Shown piece by piece: positions 7,693 through 16,820 of a stretch of 32,049 nucleotides of DNA. Position 1 is the first letter of the stretch. Each line of letters begins with the position of its first letter. The notes under the pieces are model-generated. The model had not been told where the DNA came from and searched no databases. It saw nothing but the letters and a program-made list of their open reading frames with translations. The stretch is from the NCBI GenBank assembly GCA_020201015.1, contig JAIVHN010000029.1, forward strand, positions 1 through 32,049. Reading direction: 5' to 3'. A program made the translations under genes and the position numbers. This DNA comes from Spirochaeta sp. (GTDB lineage: Bacteria > Spirochaetota > Spirochaetia > DSM-27196 > SLAA01).

Positions 7693-9189
7693 TTAAGGCG
7701 CGGTGCTGACAACAGAACTCTTACTGTTGTCCAGCCGCGCTGGCTTTCCAACATAATATCCTTGCGCATACTCAATACCAATCTCAGCAAGAGTTGAAAT
7801 CATTTCCTCTGTCTCAACAAACTCCGCCACCACGGGTATGCCGGAAAAGGAGGCAAAACTCTTGATTACTCGCACCAAGTTCTCGAATATCGGGTTCTCG
7901 CACATGTGCCTCACTAAACTACCGTCAATTTTTAAATAATCGATGTTTAAGTCAATGATGCGTTGGAAGTTTGAGTAGCCACTACCAAAGTCGTCTATCG
8001 CAATCTTGACTCCGAAGGCACGTACATCGCTAATGAACTCTTTGACTGTTTCGTAGTGCTCTGCGCCTTCCTCTTCTACAATTTCAATAGTGAGCCGCTT
8101 AGCTACCTCGGGATTGTCCGCCAACAAGCGCATAAGAAAGGCACGTGTGTCCTCGTTGTGAATATCGAGTACCGAGAGGTTTACATTTATGTCCTCGGTA
8201 CGGTCACGAAATGCCGCTATCGATTTTTCAAATACGATCCGTGTGATGTCTTGGTAATAACGGCTGTTCTTGGCAACATGAAGGAACTCTGCCGGGGAGT
8301 GTACCGTGCCGTCCGGCGAAACCATGCGAATTAAGGCCTCATACTTAACGATTGTGCCAGTCTGTATCTCTGAAATTGGTTGAAACAGTGGCAGAAAGCG
8401 GTGTTCATTCACCGCATTCTTAATATTATTGAGCTGAAGCATATTCCATTCAATATCGCTATAGGTTAAGAAGGTGCGGTTCATGCGTTCCGCTGCAGCG
8501 GTCGCGGCCTCACGCGAGAGTTTGTCGGACGGATCGTCAACAAGAATAGCGAATATTCCCCGTTGAATGTGATACAGCGAAGTCGCAGGCTCGATGATAT
8601 CGCGCACCGTTGCCTGGAGAAAATCCGCAAAGCGGCGTTCAATACTGTTTGCCGCGGCCTCACCGTAGAACCGACCGATTGTGCCGATATGGTCCATCTG
8701 CACAACAAAAAGTTTCGGGCGTTTAAGCTGGGGGCTCTCCTCACGAAAAGCTGCGCGGTTGGGTAGTCCCGATATAGGAGAGGCGGTTGAGAGAATATAC
8801 TTACGGTTCACTAAGGAGAGGCTCAAGTAGGAGCGAATGTGAGCAAGCAGCTCCATTCGATCAAACGGTTTCGTCAAAAACCCGGTTACGCCAGCATCAA
8901 ACGCCTTTATGCGGTCTTCAGTCTCGCTTAGTGCCGTGAGCATGAGAACCGGGGTACGATTTGTGGCGTTATGCTCTTTCAGAATGCTGGTGGCGTTAAG
9001 CCCGTCCATCACGGGCATCATCATGTCCATGAGGATGAGATCCGGATGCTCCCGAAGAGCAACCTCGACGGCCTCTTGCCCATCGGCAGCTTCAACAACC
9101 CTATAGTCGTGGCCTTTAAGTGTGGCTGTTACCACAAGGCGGTTGATCTTGTTGTCGTCAGCAATAAGAATTACAGGCACGGTATTCAT
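7693..9189 (-). CDS. response-regulator receiver / degenerate GGDEF / EAL domain protein (probable c-di-GMP phosphodiesterase)
   Basis: The start is re-set to the ATG at 9189 (AAGGAAA RBS), giving MNTVPVILIADD. The REC domain has DLILMDMMMP, LMLTA and KPF. The GGDEF-like middle begins at GLPNRAAF but has QRGIF in place of GGDEF. The EAL domain is intact: YEALIR, NLS, EIVE, DDFGSGYSN, LKIDGS, VAEFVE and YAQGYY. Confidence 0.85.
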   Translation of the reverse strand: MNTVPVILIADDNKINRLVVTATLKGHDYRVVEAADGQEAVEVALREHPDLILMDMMMPVMDGLNATSILKEHNATNRTPVLMLTALSETEDRIKAFDAGVTGFLTKPFDRMELLAHIRSYLSLSLVNRKYILSTASPISGLPNRAAFREESPQLKRPKLFVVQMDHIGTIGRFYGEAAANSIERRFADFLQATVRDIIEPATSLYHIQRGIFAILVDDPSDKLSREAATAAAERMNRTFLTYSDIEWNMLQLNNIKNAVNEHRFLPLFQPISEIQTGTIVKYEALIRMVSPDGTVHSPAEFLHVAKNSRYYQDITRIVFEKSIAAFRDRTEDINVNLSVLDIHNEDTRAFLMRLLADNPEVAKRLTIEIVEEEGAEHYETVKEFISDVRAFGVKIAIDDFGSGYSNFQRIIDLNIDYLKIDGSLVRHMCENPIFENLVRVIKSFASFSGIPVVAEFVETEEMISTLAEIGIEYAQGYYVGKPARLDNSKSSVVSTAP

Positions 9190-9217
9190 ATTTTCCTTGA
9201 GTATACCTAGCGTTTGC

Positions 9218-9258
9218 AAAAAAGCAAAATGCCCCACTGCAAGATCACAGCGGGGCAT
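9218..9258 (-). terminator. Rho-independent terminator after fabF
   Basis: The minus-strand RNA is AUGCCCCGCUG-ugaucuug-CAGUGGGGCAU, an 11-bp stem with one G.U pair that pairs only on the minus transcript. It is followed by UUUGCUUUUUU. It lies inside the over-extended N-terminus of ORF 7693..9261, which supports the shorter start. Confidence 0.7.
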
Positions 9259-9307
9259 CACGTAAACGAACTACGCAGAACATATCTCACTTTGTGGCTG
9301 AGTTCTG

Positions 9308-10555
9308 CTAAACCTCGTAGTGCTTCAAAATAAGGACGCCGTTATGGCCACCAAAACCAAGAGAGTTGGACATAGCTGCACGCATTTTACCCGACACGCC
9401 AACCTTGGGAACGTAGTCCAACCTACACTCTGGGTCCGCCTCATCTAAGTTCATCGTGGGCGGGTAAAACTGATCCCTGAGAGCACAAGCGCACACAATG
9501 GCTTCGATTGCACCGGCTGCGCCTACACAGTGACCATGCATTGATTTCGTAGAGGAGATCTTCAGTTTGTATGCATGCTCACCAAAAGCCTTTTCCACCG
9601 CCTTTGACTCGGTCGGGTCATTGATTGGAGTCGATGTTCCATGAGCGTTGATGTAGTCAATGCCGTCCATCTCAAGCCCGGCCTCCGCAACCGCGTTCTT
9701 CATAGCGGCAATGATACCGCGCCCTTCGGCGTTGGGGGCTGTAAGGTGGTCGGCGTCACAGGTCATAGCGCCCGCACCAATCTCGGCATAAATTGTGGCT
9801 CCACGTGCTACCGCGCGTTCGAGTGTCTCAATAACCACAATACCGGCACCCTCACCCATGACGAAACCGTCACGGTCTTTGTCGAAGGGTCGAGACGCCT
9901 CGGATGGCCGGTCGTTGTATTCGGTGGAAAGCGCCTGAATGACGTTGAAACCAGCAATGCCCATGCGGGTGATGCATGCCTCTACGCCTCCGGCAATCAT
10001 TACCTCTGCCGCGCCATCTGCCACCATTCGCGCGGCGTTGCCAATTGCGTCTGTCCCCGATGCACAAGCAGTTGCTAATGAGTAGGACGGCCCGTAGGCT
10101 CCAACCGCTATAGAAACATTAGCTGGCCCAATATTGCTAATAAGTTTGGGAATAGTCATGGGCGGAACACGTCCGGGCCCTTTACCAATAAGCTGAAAGT
10201 ACGACTCTTCCAGCGTCTCAAAGCCCCCAATTCCAATTCCCAACAGAACACCAATGCGGAACGGGTCGAGATTCTCACCAACCTTTATTCCCGAATCCTT
10301 TAGTGCTTCTAAAGAGGCGGCGACCGCATACTGTGAAAAGAGGTCCATTTTGCGGGCGTCTTTCTTGTCGATGTAGTCCTTGGCGTCAAAGCCTTTTACC
10401 TCGGCAGCAATTTTGGTTTGGAAATCGGTGCTGTCAAAGCGGGTGATAGGGCCAATTCCACTCGTGCCGCTTTTCACAGCGGCCCAGAAGTCCGGCACGT
10501 TGTTGCCTAAGGGCGTTATCGCTCCCATACCGGTTATTACTACGCGTTGTTTCAT
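9308..10555 (-). CDS. fabF: beta-ketoacyl-ACP synthase II
   Basis: 415 aa, beginning MKQRVVITGMGAITPLG. The active-site Cys sits in ATACASG, and the catalytic His motifs are NAHGTSTP and KSMHGHCVGAAG. The C-terminus has SNSLGFGGHN. Confidence 0.92.
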   Translation of the reverse strand: MKQRVVITGMGAITPLGNNVPDFWAAVKSGTSGIGPITRFDSTDFQTKIAAEVKGFDAKDYIDKKDARKMDLFSQYAVAASLEALKDSGIKVGENLDPFRIGVLLGIGIGGFETLEESYFQLIGKGPGRVPPMTIPKLISNIGPANVSIAVGAYGPSYSLATACASGTDAIGNAARMVADGAAEVMIAGGVEACITRMGIAGFNVIQALSTEYNDRPSEASRPFDKDRDGFVMGEGAGIVVIETLERAVARGATIYAEIGAGAMTCDADHLTAPNAEGRGIIAAMKNAVAEAGLEMDGIDYINAHGTSTPINDPTESKAVEKAFGEHAYKLKISSTKSMHGHCVGAAGAIEAIVCACALRDQFYPPTMNLDEADPECRLDYVPKVGVSGKMRAAMSNSLGFGGHNGVLILKHYEV

Positions 10556-10580
10556 ACTGTCACCTCGTGTTTCAATTGCA

Positions 10581-11321
10581 TTACATGCCCATTCCGCCGG
10601 TGATGTGAATCACCTGTCCGGTAAGATAAGACGAGAGATCTGAAGCCAGAAAAAGACACACCTTAGCAACCTCATCTGCCTCGCCAATTCGACCCATTGG
10701 GATCTGGGTAGTAAGCGCCGTGCGCTGCTCCTCACTAAGGGCTTCGGTCATTTTTGTCTTAATAAAGCCCGGTGCAACTGCGTTGACACGCACGTTCCGC
10801 CCGGCAACCTCACGCGCCAGGCTCTTCGTCAAGCCGATAAGTCCGGCCTTTGACGCGGAGTAGTTTGTCTGTCCAGCGTTGCCGATAACGCCAACAATTG
10901 AGGCCACGTTAATGATTGCACCAGTGCGCTTTTTAATCATGCTGCGGGAGACCTCACGCGAGATGAAGAATGCGCTATTGAGGTTAATGTTAATTACGTT
11001 CATCCAGTCCTCGGTGGACATGCGGAAGATCAGGCCGTCACGAGTTATTCCGGCGTTGTTAACCAAGATATCAATCCCGCCACTCTCCTCTAAAATCTCC
11101 TTCACGACCGCTGTGATGGCAGACTCATCCGACACGTTGCCTTCTTTGTATACCACCTCGGAACCGTGTTTTGCCGCAAGCTCTTGGTACTCATCAAGTG
11201 AGTCTCCGGGTGCAAGGTCGATATAGTAGACCGACGCGCCGTTGTGCAGATAGAGCAACACGATTTCGCGTCCAATTCCTCGTGAACCGCCGGTTACGAG
11301 CGCCTTCTTTCCTTGTAGCAT
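10581..11321 (-). CDS. fabG: 3-oxoacyl-ACP reductase (SDR family)
   Basis: The start is re-set to the ATG at 11321 (GAGGAG RBS), giving MLQGKKALVTGGSRGIGREI. NNAG and the YSASKAG catalytic motif are present. It sits between fabD and fabF. Confidence 0.9.
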   Translation of the reverse strand: MLQGKKALVTGGSRGIGREIVLLYLHNGASVYYIDLAPGDSLDEYQELAAKHGSEVVYKEGNVSDESAITAVVKEILEESGGIDILVNNAGITRDGLIFRMSTEDWMNVININLNSAFFISREVSRSMIKKRTGAIINVASIVGVIGNAGQTNYSASKAGLIGLTKSLAREVAGRNVRVNAVAPGFIKTKMTEALSEEQRTALTTQIPMGRIGEADEVAKVCLFLASDLSSYLTGQVIHITGGMGM

Positions 11322-11370
11322 TGTTTTCTCCTCGTTAATCACCGTTCTATGGGCTATGGCGATAGGCCGC

Positions 11371-12321
11371 CTATTCTGCGGCCAGGGTTTTGATATCTTC
11401 AACAGTCCCGGCAGCTCGGCAGGGCAGTTCGGTCTCGTGTTCTGTTTTTGTATAGTTTTTCCAAAGGCCGGACAACACAGTACCCGGGCCAACCTCCGCC
11501 ACACGGTGAAATCCGTCACGCACCACTGCACGCTGCTCCGGAACCCACTGAACGGTAGAAATGAGCTGTTTTACACAATAGTTGCGGGCCTCCGCACCGG
11601 TAGTTATAGTGTCGCCCGTTACATTGGAGTAGACCGGTAAAGTTGGATCATGAAAGGTTGTGTCGGCCAAAACATCGGCAAATCGGGTAGCGGCCTTGCT
11701 CATCAGCGGTGAATGAAAAGGTCCGGACACCTTAAGACGTATACAGCGTTTGGCACCAGCTTTTTTGAGGGCGTCCTCCGCGGCCGTTAAGGCGTCGGCT
11801 GTGCCGGAGATTACGGTCTGCACCGGACTATTCCAGATTCCGGGGTAAACGTCCTCAGCTGGCGCCATGGACAGAACCTCGGATACCTTCTCAAAAGATA
11901 GACCCATAACCGCAGTCATACCGGCGGAACCGGTGGCGGTATCCAGCTCACGGCTGACCTCTTCCATGATCTGCCCGCGAGCCAGTACTACCGGAAAAAC
12001 ATCTTCCAGTGCAAGGACACCTGACTCAACCAAGGCGGCGTACTCACCAAGGCTGAATCCGGCACAGGCAGCGGGCGAAAGACCATGCTCGCGCATAACA
12101 ATTGCTGCTGCCAGACTAGTAACGGTGATAGCAATCTGAGTGTTGTCGGTCTGCTTTAGTTCTTCCGCGGTGCCATCAAAAACCAGGCGCGATAGATCTC
12201 GGCCAGCTGCATCGGAGGCTTGTTGGAAAAGTTCTTGTACTGTCGTGCTATGATCATAAAAGTCGCGCCCCATGCCGGGATACTGTGCTCCCTGACCGGG
12301 AAATAAAAAACAAAAGCTCAC
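11371..12321 (-). CDS. fabD: malonyl-CoA:ACP transacylase
   Basis: GTG start with GGAGG 8 nt upstream. The N-terminus is FLFPGQGAQYPGMG, the active-site motif is GFSLGEYAAL, and VSGPFHSPLM is present. Confidence 0.92.
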   Translation of the reverse strand: MSFCFLFPGQGAQYPGMGRDFYDHSTTVQELFQQASDAAGRDLSRLVFDGTAEELKQTDNTQIAITVTSLAAAIVMREHGLSPAACAGFSLGEYAALVESGVLALEDVFPVVLARGQIMEEVSRELDTATGSAGMTAVMGLSFEKVSEVLSMAPAEDVYPGIWNSPVQTVISGTADALTAAEDALKKAGAKRCIRLKVSGPFHSPLMSKAATRFADVLADTTFHDPTLPVYSNVTGDTITTGAEARNYCVKQLISTVQWVPEQRAVVRDGFHRVAEVGPGTVLSGLWKNYTKTEHETELPCRAAGTVEDIKTLAAE

Positions 12322-12473
12322 TAAAAACCTCCGGAGTTTGTTCCATAAAGTTCAAGTGTAGCATTCGCTTAAGGTATGCTGTCAACCGGTCGCGGGCCGA
12401 CTATCGGTCGCCGACCGATAATGCTGTTCTGCGCTGGATGTTCGTTGGTACACCGTGTATACTGCGTCGGATC

Positions 12474-13676
12474 ATGATACGCCGTATGCCGCGCAGCTTC
12501 ACCGTCATTGCCCTCCTGCTTGCCGGGTTTCTTTTCTTGGATCCGTTCGGTTTCTTCCGCCCGCGGCAAACGGTCCAGCGGGAGAGATTTGAATCTTCCA
12601 GGTTAGACGTGCTCGGTGCGGAACTTCATGCGGTGGGTCAGACGCCGGATACCTATCTTTTGGGAATGCTTGACAGCCACACGGTTGTTTTCTTAGGTGA
12701 GTTTGGGCGCATCCAAGAACAGGTCGAGTTTGTACAAGAGTTCCTTCCGCGCATGTATGCAGATGGGCATTCTACACTTGGACTCTCGCATGTGCGTGCC
12801 GTTGATCAAGAGCACATTAACCAGGTGCTCTCTGCCGCCACGTTTGAGGAAGAGACGGTGCAAAAGTTGCTGTTCCGGTCCAATGTTCTCTTGGGATATC
12901 AGGAGTACCTGGAGCTGTTCCGTACCGCATGGGAGTTGAATACGGGTCGCGAGGAAAATCAAGAGCCCTTTCAGATTATTGGTCTGGGCGCCCGCACCGA
13001 CTACAGTCATGTTCGCTCTGCCGCCGATATGGAGGACGCCGCCATTCTGCGCCAAGTCTTTCCGGACGGACTTCCCGATGAGGTTATTGCAGACACGGTG
13101 CTGAGCTTCGTTGGCGACAGCGGGCATCGTTTGCTTGTATATACCGGAATTGAGAGTAGCTTTACTCGATTTGTAGACCGGCAGTATGCCACTGCAGTAT
13201 CTTTACAGCAGGTAGGGCGTACAGGTCGTGCTGGAAACCTGGTTTACAGGAAACTGGGTGATGCGGTGGCGACGGTGCTGCTGCATAGCCCGTGGCCGGA
13301 CAGTCGTGAACGTGGTGGGCTCGCTTACCCGCTCAACGGTTTGCTGGATGCTGTGTATGAACAGAATCTGGTGCCGATTGGCTGGTCTTTGGGCAATACT
13401 CGGCTCGCCGAGCTTCCGGTTAAACACGGTATGTATGTAGAGGGTGCAGACGTCGTACAGTTTGGGCAGATGGCCTGTGGATACATTATGTTGGGGCCGC
13501 TCTCGAACTACCATGCGGTTGAAACTATTCCGGAGTTTATTACCGCCGATAACCTGGAGTCCGCGATTGCAGCGTTTCCAGGGCCAACACCGCCCCGTGC
13601 CTCGGTAACGGGGCTCAACAACTACATCCAGAGCCTATCCGAGGATGTCGAGGCACGTCTCCGAGAGTTTCGGTGA
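12474..13676 (+). CDS. Hypothetical N-terminally membrane-anchored or secreted protein; start uncertain
   Basis: Long ORF with coding-like composition. Candidate ATGs lie at 12438, 12474 and 12486, none with a clear RBS. A hydrophobic segment FTVIALLLAGFLFL follows a basic N-terminus. I recognised no family motif. The stop is 18 nt before fabH. Confidence 0.55.
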   Translation: MIRRMPRSFTVIALLLAGFLFLDPFGFFRPRQTVQRERFESSRLDVLGAELHAVGQTPDTYLLGMLDSHTVVFLGEFGRIQEQVEFVQEFLPRMYADGHSTLGLSHVRAVDQEHINQVLSAATFEEETVQKLLFRSNVLLGYQEYLELFRTAWELNTGREENQEPFQIIGLGARTDYSHVRSAADMEDAAILRQVFPDGLPDEVIADTVLSFVGDSGHRLLVYTGIESSFTRFVDRQYATAVSLQQVGRTGRAGNLVYRKLGDAVATVLLHSPWPDSRERGGLAYPLNGLLDAVYEQNLVPIGWSLGNTRLAELPVKHGMYVEGADVVQFGQMACGYIMLGPLSNYHAVETIPEFITADNLESAIAAFPGPTPPRASVTGLNNYIQSLSEDVEARLREFR

Positions 13677-13694
13677 CATTGAAAGGAGAGAGAG

Positions 13695-14678
13695 ATGGAA
13701 GCACGAATTCAGGCGTTGGCAGCACATGCCCCACAGAAAACGCTTTCGAATGAAGAGTTGACGAAGATTGTAGATACTACCGATGAGTGGATTTACTCAC
13801 ATACCGGAATACGCTCGCGCCATATAGCGGCCGCCGACGAATCTGCTTCGGATATTGCACTTCCGGCATGTAGACAGGTCTTGCAAGTAACCGGCATCTC
13901 GGCGGAAGAGATAGACCTCATTCTTGTGGCGACCTCAACTCCCGACTACATCAGCATGCCCTCAACCGCATGTGTTATTCAGAATCAACTTGGGGCACAT
14001 GCTGCGGCTGCCATGGACATAACCGCAGCCTGTTCGGGCTTTGTGTATGCGCTCGAGGTTGCCCGTAGCTTTGTCATTGCCGGGTCGGCGCGTAATGTGC
14101 TGGTGGTTGCTACCGAGGTATACAGCAAGATTGTAAACTGGAAGGACCGGAATACCTGCGTTTTATTTGGTGACGGAGCCGGGGCAGCAGTGGTTTCCTC
14201 GGCCGACAACTCTCGGCGCGGATTGCTGCACAAAGCTTTTTTGCGTTCGGACGGATCCGGGGCCGAGTCCTTGGTGCGGTTGCACGGCGGTACGCGGCGC
14301 CCGGCAAGCGCGGACTCAACAGAGGCCGATCTCATGCTCTCTATGGATGGACGCAAGGTGTATAACTTTGCAGTCCGTGTGGTAAACGAGACCATTCTGG
14401 CGGTGCTTGACCGCGAGAAGCTCACGCTTGACGATATCGACTACTTCATACCTCATCAGGCCAATGTGCGAATTATCGAGAATGCAGCAAAGCGCTTAGG
14501 TGTGCCGGTTGAACGCTTCTACATGAACATGGAACGTTACGCCAATACATCTGCGGCATCCATACCCTTGGCACTTGGCGAGATGCAGGATCGCGGATTA
14601 CTTAAACCCGGCATGAAGCTCATTACCATTGGATTTGGCGCTGGATTGACCTACGGGGGCAGCCTCATAGAGTGGTAG
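13695..14678 (+). CDS. fabH: beta-ketoacyl-ACP synthase III
   Basis: AAGGAGAG RBS upstream. Motifs are TSDEWI-like TTDEWIYSHTGIRSRH, the active-site Cys in ITAACSGFVYAL, HQAN, and GFGAGLTYG at the C-terminus. Confidence 0.92.
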   Translation: MEARIQALAAHAPQKTLSNEELTKIVDTTDEWIYSHTGIRSRHIAAADESASDIALPACRQVLQVTGISAEEIDLILVATSTPDYISMPSTACVIQNQLGAHAAAAMDITAACSGFVYALEVARSFVIAGSARNVLVVATEVYSKIVNWKDRNTCVLFGDGAGAAVVSSADNSRRGLLHKAFLRSDGSGAESLVRLHGGTRRPASADSTEADLMLSMDGRKVYNFAVRVVNETILAVLDREKLTLDDIDYFIPHQANVRIIENAAKRLGVPVERFYMNMERYANTSAASIPLALGEMQDRGLLKPGMKLITIGFGAGLTYGGSLIEW

Positions 14679-14821
14679 CACCACATATGACCATAAGGGC
14701 TTAATGCGAGTGTGCGTTTTGCTTTGCTCTTTGCCTTTATCCGGTTTCATGGTTATCTTCACCTGACACCACCTATATTCTCATAGGTCAATATCTCAAT
14801 GAACGACGCAAGGAGCGACAC

Positions 14822-15292
14822 ATGACATCCGACATAGGATTGAAAAAAGACGGCACGGCCAAGACTGCCGAGGCCTTGAACAACTACCTTTCTGACCTGC
14901 ACATATTCTACGGGAAACTTCATTGTTACCACTGGAATATAGAGGGTCCGGAGTTCTTTCCACTGCACACTAAGCTTGAGGAGGTGTACGACGGCGTGGC
15001 AGAGTCCATTGATGAGTTTGCCGAGCGCATTCTTACCTTAGGCGCACGTCCAGCCTCAACACTCAAAGAGTACATCGAGCGCTCAAAGCTGCAAGAAGCT
15101 CCAAGCAAGGCCTACAGCGGCGATGAAGTCGTGCGAAGCGTGCTTGCGGACCTGCAGCACCTCATTGGAGCATTGCGCGGAGTTATGGCGGTTGCCGGTG
15201 AGAGTGAAGACGAGGTCACCATTGACCAGTGTGTCGGAGCTCTTGGCGGTTACGAAAAAACCGTCTGGATGCTGAGCGCACATTTAGGCTAA
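14822..15292 (+). CDS. dps: Dps-family DNA-protection / ferritin-like protein
   Basis: AAGGAG RBS upstream. The sequence LNNYLSDLHIFYGKLHCYHWNIEGPEFFPLHTKLEEVYD carries the ferroxidase-site H, D and E pattern typical of Dps. Confidence 0.9.
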   Translation: MTSDIGLKKDGTAKTAEALNNYLSDLHIFYGKLHCYHWNIEGPEFFPLHTKLEEVYDGVAESIDEFAERILTLGARPASTLKEYIERSKLQEAPSKAYSGDEVVRSVLADLQHLIGALRGVMAVAGESEDEVTIDQCVGALGGYEKTVWMLSAHLG

Positions 15293-15297
15293 GAGTT

Positions 15298-15332
15298 GTA
15301 GCGCCGGCAACAGCAATGTTGTCCGGCGCTAC
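15298..15332. terminator. Candidate bidirectional hairpin between convergent dps and the K+ channel gene
   Basis: gtagcgccggcaaca-gcaa-tgttg(t)ccggcgctac forms a 15-bp stem with one bulge. There is no obvious U-tract on either side. Confidence 0.5.
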
Positions 15333-16306
15333 GTAGATTGCTTGCCTGCGCACAAAAGCGTGAGCTGTTTTAAGCCAGATTGTTCGCCAATAGCCATAAG
15401 ACGGTCTCCTGCCTCAATTCGCATATCTGACGCGGGGTTATAAACTAACGTACCCACCCGTTTGTGTATTGCAACCACAATTATGTTTAAGTCTCGCCGG
15501 AGCGGCGACTCCAGTAGGGTCTGGCCCGCAAGGGGAGAGTCTTCGGCAATGTGGATCTCCTCAATGTTAATCTCTTGTCCACCAATGCGAGCCACTGTTT
15601 CCATGTATTCCACGATTCCGGGTCGCAATACCAGTTGCGCCAACCGGTGCCCTACCAGTTCATAGGGCTTAATGACGCGGTTGGCACCGGCAGTACGAAG
15701 CTTGGGGGTGCTTTCTTCGCTAATGGCGCGGGTGACAATGAACAGCTCTTTGTTGAGCGAACGAGCGGTAAGCGTTGTAAAAACATTCTCCGCATCGGTG
15801 CTAACTACCGCAATGAGGCTTGAGGCTTCTTCAATGCGGGCTTGCTGGAGCATTTCATCTGAGCTTGCATCGCCAATCAGGTAGAGATAGCCTGCGCCTT
15901 CGAGTTGTTCGGTCCTTTCCGGATTGTTATCAATAACGACGAAAGAAGCCTTTTCGTCGGAGAGTTCCTGGCAAAGGTGGCGCCCCATGCGACCGAAACC
16001 ACATACAATAGTGTGCTTGTGCAGTTGTGCGATCTTTTTGTTCATTCGTCTTCTCCGGAGCACGTAAGATTCCACCAGTATCTGGACGGTGCGTCCACCA
16101 AGGTATGCAATTGAACTAATACCGCCGATAATAAGACCAATGGTTAAGAGTCGGCCAGTCTGGGATAGCGGGCGCACCTCGGCAAAGCCGGTTGTTGTGA
16201 GGGCAATGACGGTCATATACATCGAGTCTGAGAGGCTCCAGCCTTCAATAAGCATGTAGCTGCCTGGTACACGCCGCCCGCCTTTTGTGGTGCTCATGCA
16301 CAGCAA
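15329..16306 (-). CDS. RCK-domain (TrkA-N + TrkA-C) potassium-channel family protein; appears to lack the outer transmembrane helix (possible 5' truncation)
   Basis: The pore-helix and filter segment is LIEGWSLSDSMYMTVIALTTTGFAEV, followed by the inner helix LLTIGLIIGGISSIAYL. Then come the Rossmann motif HTIVCGFGRMGRHL and a TrkA-C-like tail. The sequence upstream of GSYMLIEGW is hydrophilic (MSTTKGGRRVP). The frame closes at a stop 34 codons upstream with no hydrophobic helix. The start is TTG 16306 or ATG 16297. Confidence 0.7.
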   Translation of the reverse strand: MLCMSTTKGGRRVPGSYMLIEGWSLSDSMYMTVIALTTTGFAEVRPLSQTGRLLTIGLIIGGISSIAYLGGRTVQILVESYVLRRRRMNKKIAQLHKHTIVCGFGRMGRHLCQELSDEKASFVVIDNNPERTEQLEGAGYLYLIGDASSDEMLQQARIEEASSLIAVVSTDAENVFTTLTARSLNKELFIVTRAISEESTPKLRTAGANRVIKPYELVGHRLAQLVLRPGIVEYMETVARIGGQEINIEEIHIAEDSPLAGQTLLESPLRRDLNIIVVAIHKRVGTLVYNPASDMRIEAGDRLMAIGEQSGLKQLTLLCAGKQST

Positions 16307-16473
16307 GGTACGATGTACGGCTACTGGAAGACAAGCAGGCTCGAAGATACCTTGCAGTATAGATTTCGATTTAATGGGAGCTGGATAACTAGCAGCGCTA
16401 CCTGCTCAGTCAGGTGCAGCGGCCTGTTGTTGCGGCCCCATGCACTATGACTCGTTAATGGTGCGCATATAAT

Positions 16474-16701
16474 CTATGGCGATTTTTTCATGCGTTCCGA
16501 TTCAATCTTGCGGTAAAGCTTAAGGAGCCTGATCTCGTCGCGGGTTAAGGAAAAGCCGCTGGTGAGGGAATCCTCGGCAGCAAGGACTTCTTCCGGCAGA
16601 AGCTCTTTGAGCCGGACTCCAAGCGCGCCCGCCAAGTCACACAGGCGAGCCACCGAGATACGCTTGCCGATAAGTGTCTCAAGAGTTTCTGCATTTTCCA
16701 T
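16474..16701 (-). CDS. Small ORF resembling only the C-terminal helices of an XRE-type HTH domain; possible gene remnant
   Basis: LIGKRISVARLCDLAGALGVRLKELL resembles the distal ExGKR...L..LA.ALGV.L.ELL part of XRE HTH proteins. The DNA-reading helices are absent, and the upstream in-frame sequence is non-HTH. Confidence 0.3.
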   Translation of the reverse strand: MENAETLETLIGKRISVARLCDLAGALGVRLKELLPEEVLAAEDSLTSGFSLTRDEIRLLKLYRKIESERMKKSP

Positions 16702-16788
16702 TGTCGTATGTTGTGTCTTTCCCTGGATGGTTGTGTTCTGTCCTGAGGTTTTTCGCTGAATTTGTGTTGCCGGTTGCCTAAGCCCTCC

Positions 16789-16820
16789 CTGGAGAGTAGC
16801 TTTTGCTGGAGAGTAGCTTT
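16789..16820 (+). repeat. Perfect 15-bp direct repeat, two copies at a 17-bp period, upstream of the MscS-like gene
   Basis: ctggagagtagcttt occurs at 16789-16803 and again at 16806-16820, separated by tg. The second copy ends 21 nt before the ATG at 16842. Confidence 0.9.

Noticed and set aside
9191-9228. Sigma70-like -35/-10 pair (TTGCTT ... TATACT) for the REC-EAL gene, overlapping the terminator U-tract
   Set aside because: The implied TSS would fall within or after the gene's RBS, so the geometry is inconsistent. It is not reported as a feature.
9190-9261. First 24 codons of ORF 7693..9261
   Set aside because: This stretch encodes the fabF terminator hairpin and U-tract. The REC domain begins at the ATG at 9189, which has its own RBS.
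11322-11531. Extended N-terminus of the fabG ORF overlapping the fabD 3' end
   Set aside because: The SDR family starts at MLQGKKALVTGG, with a GAGGAG RBS at the ATG at 11321. The extension has no family counterpart and overlaps fabD.
12285-12473. Upstream part of ORF 12285..13676, overlapping the fabD start region
   Set aside because: It begins inside the fabD start and RBS region on the other strand and is basic and low-complexity. The hydrophobic anchor begins after the later ATGs, although the exact start remains uncertain.
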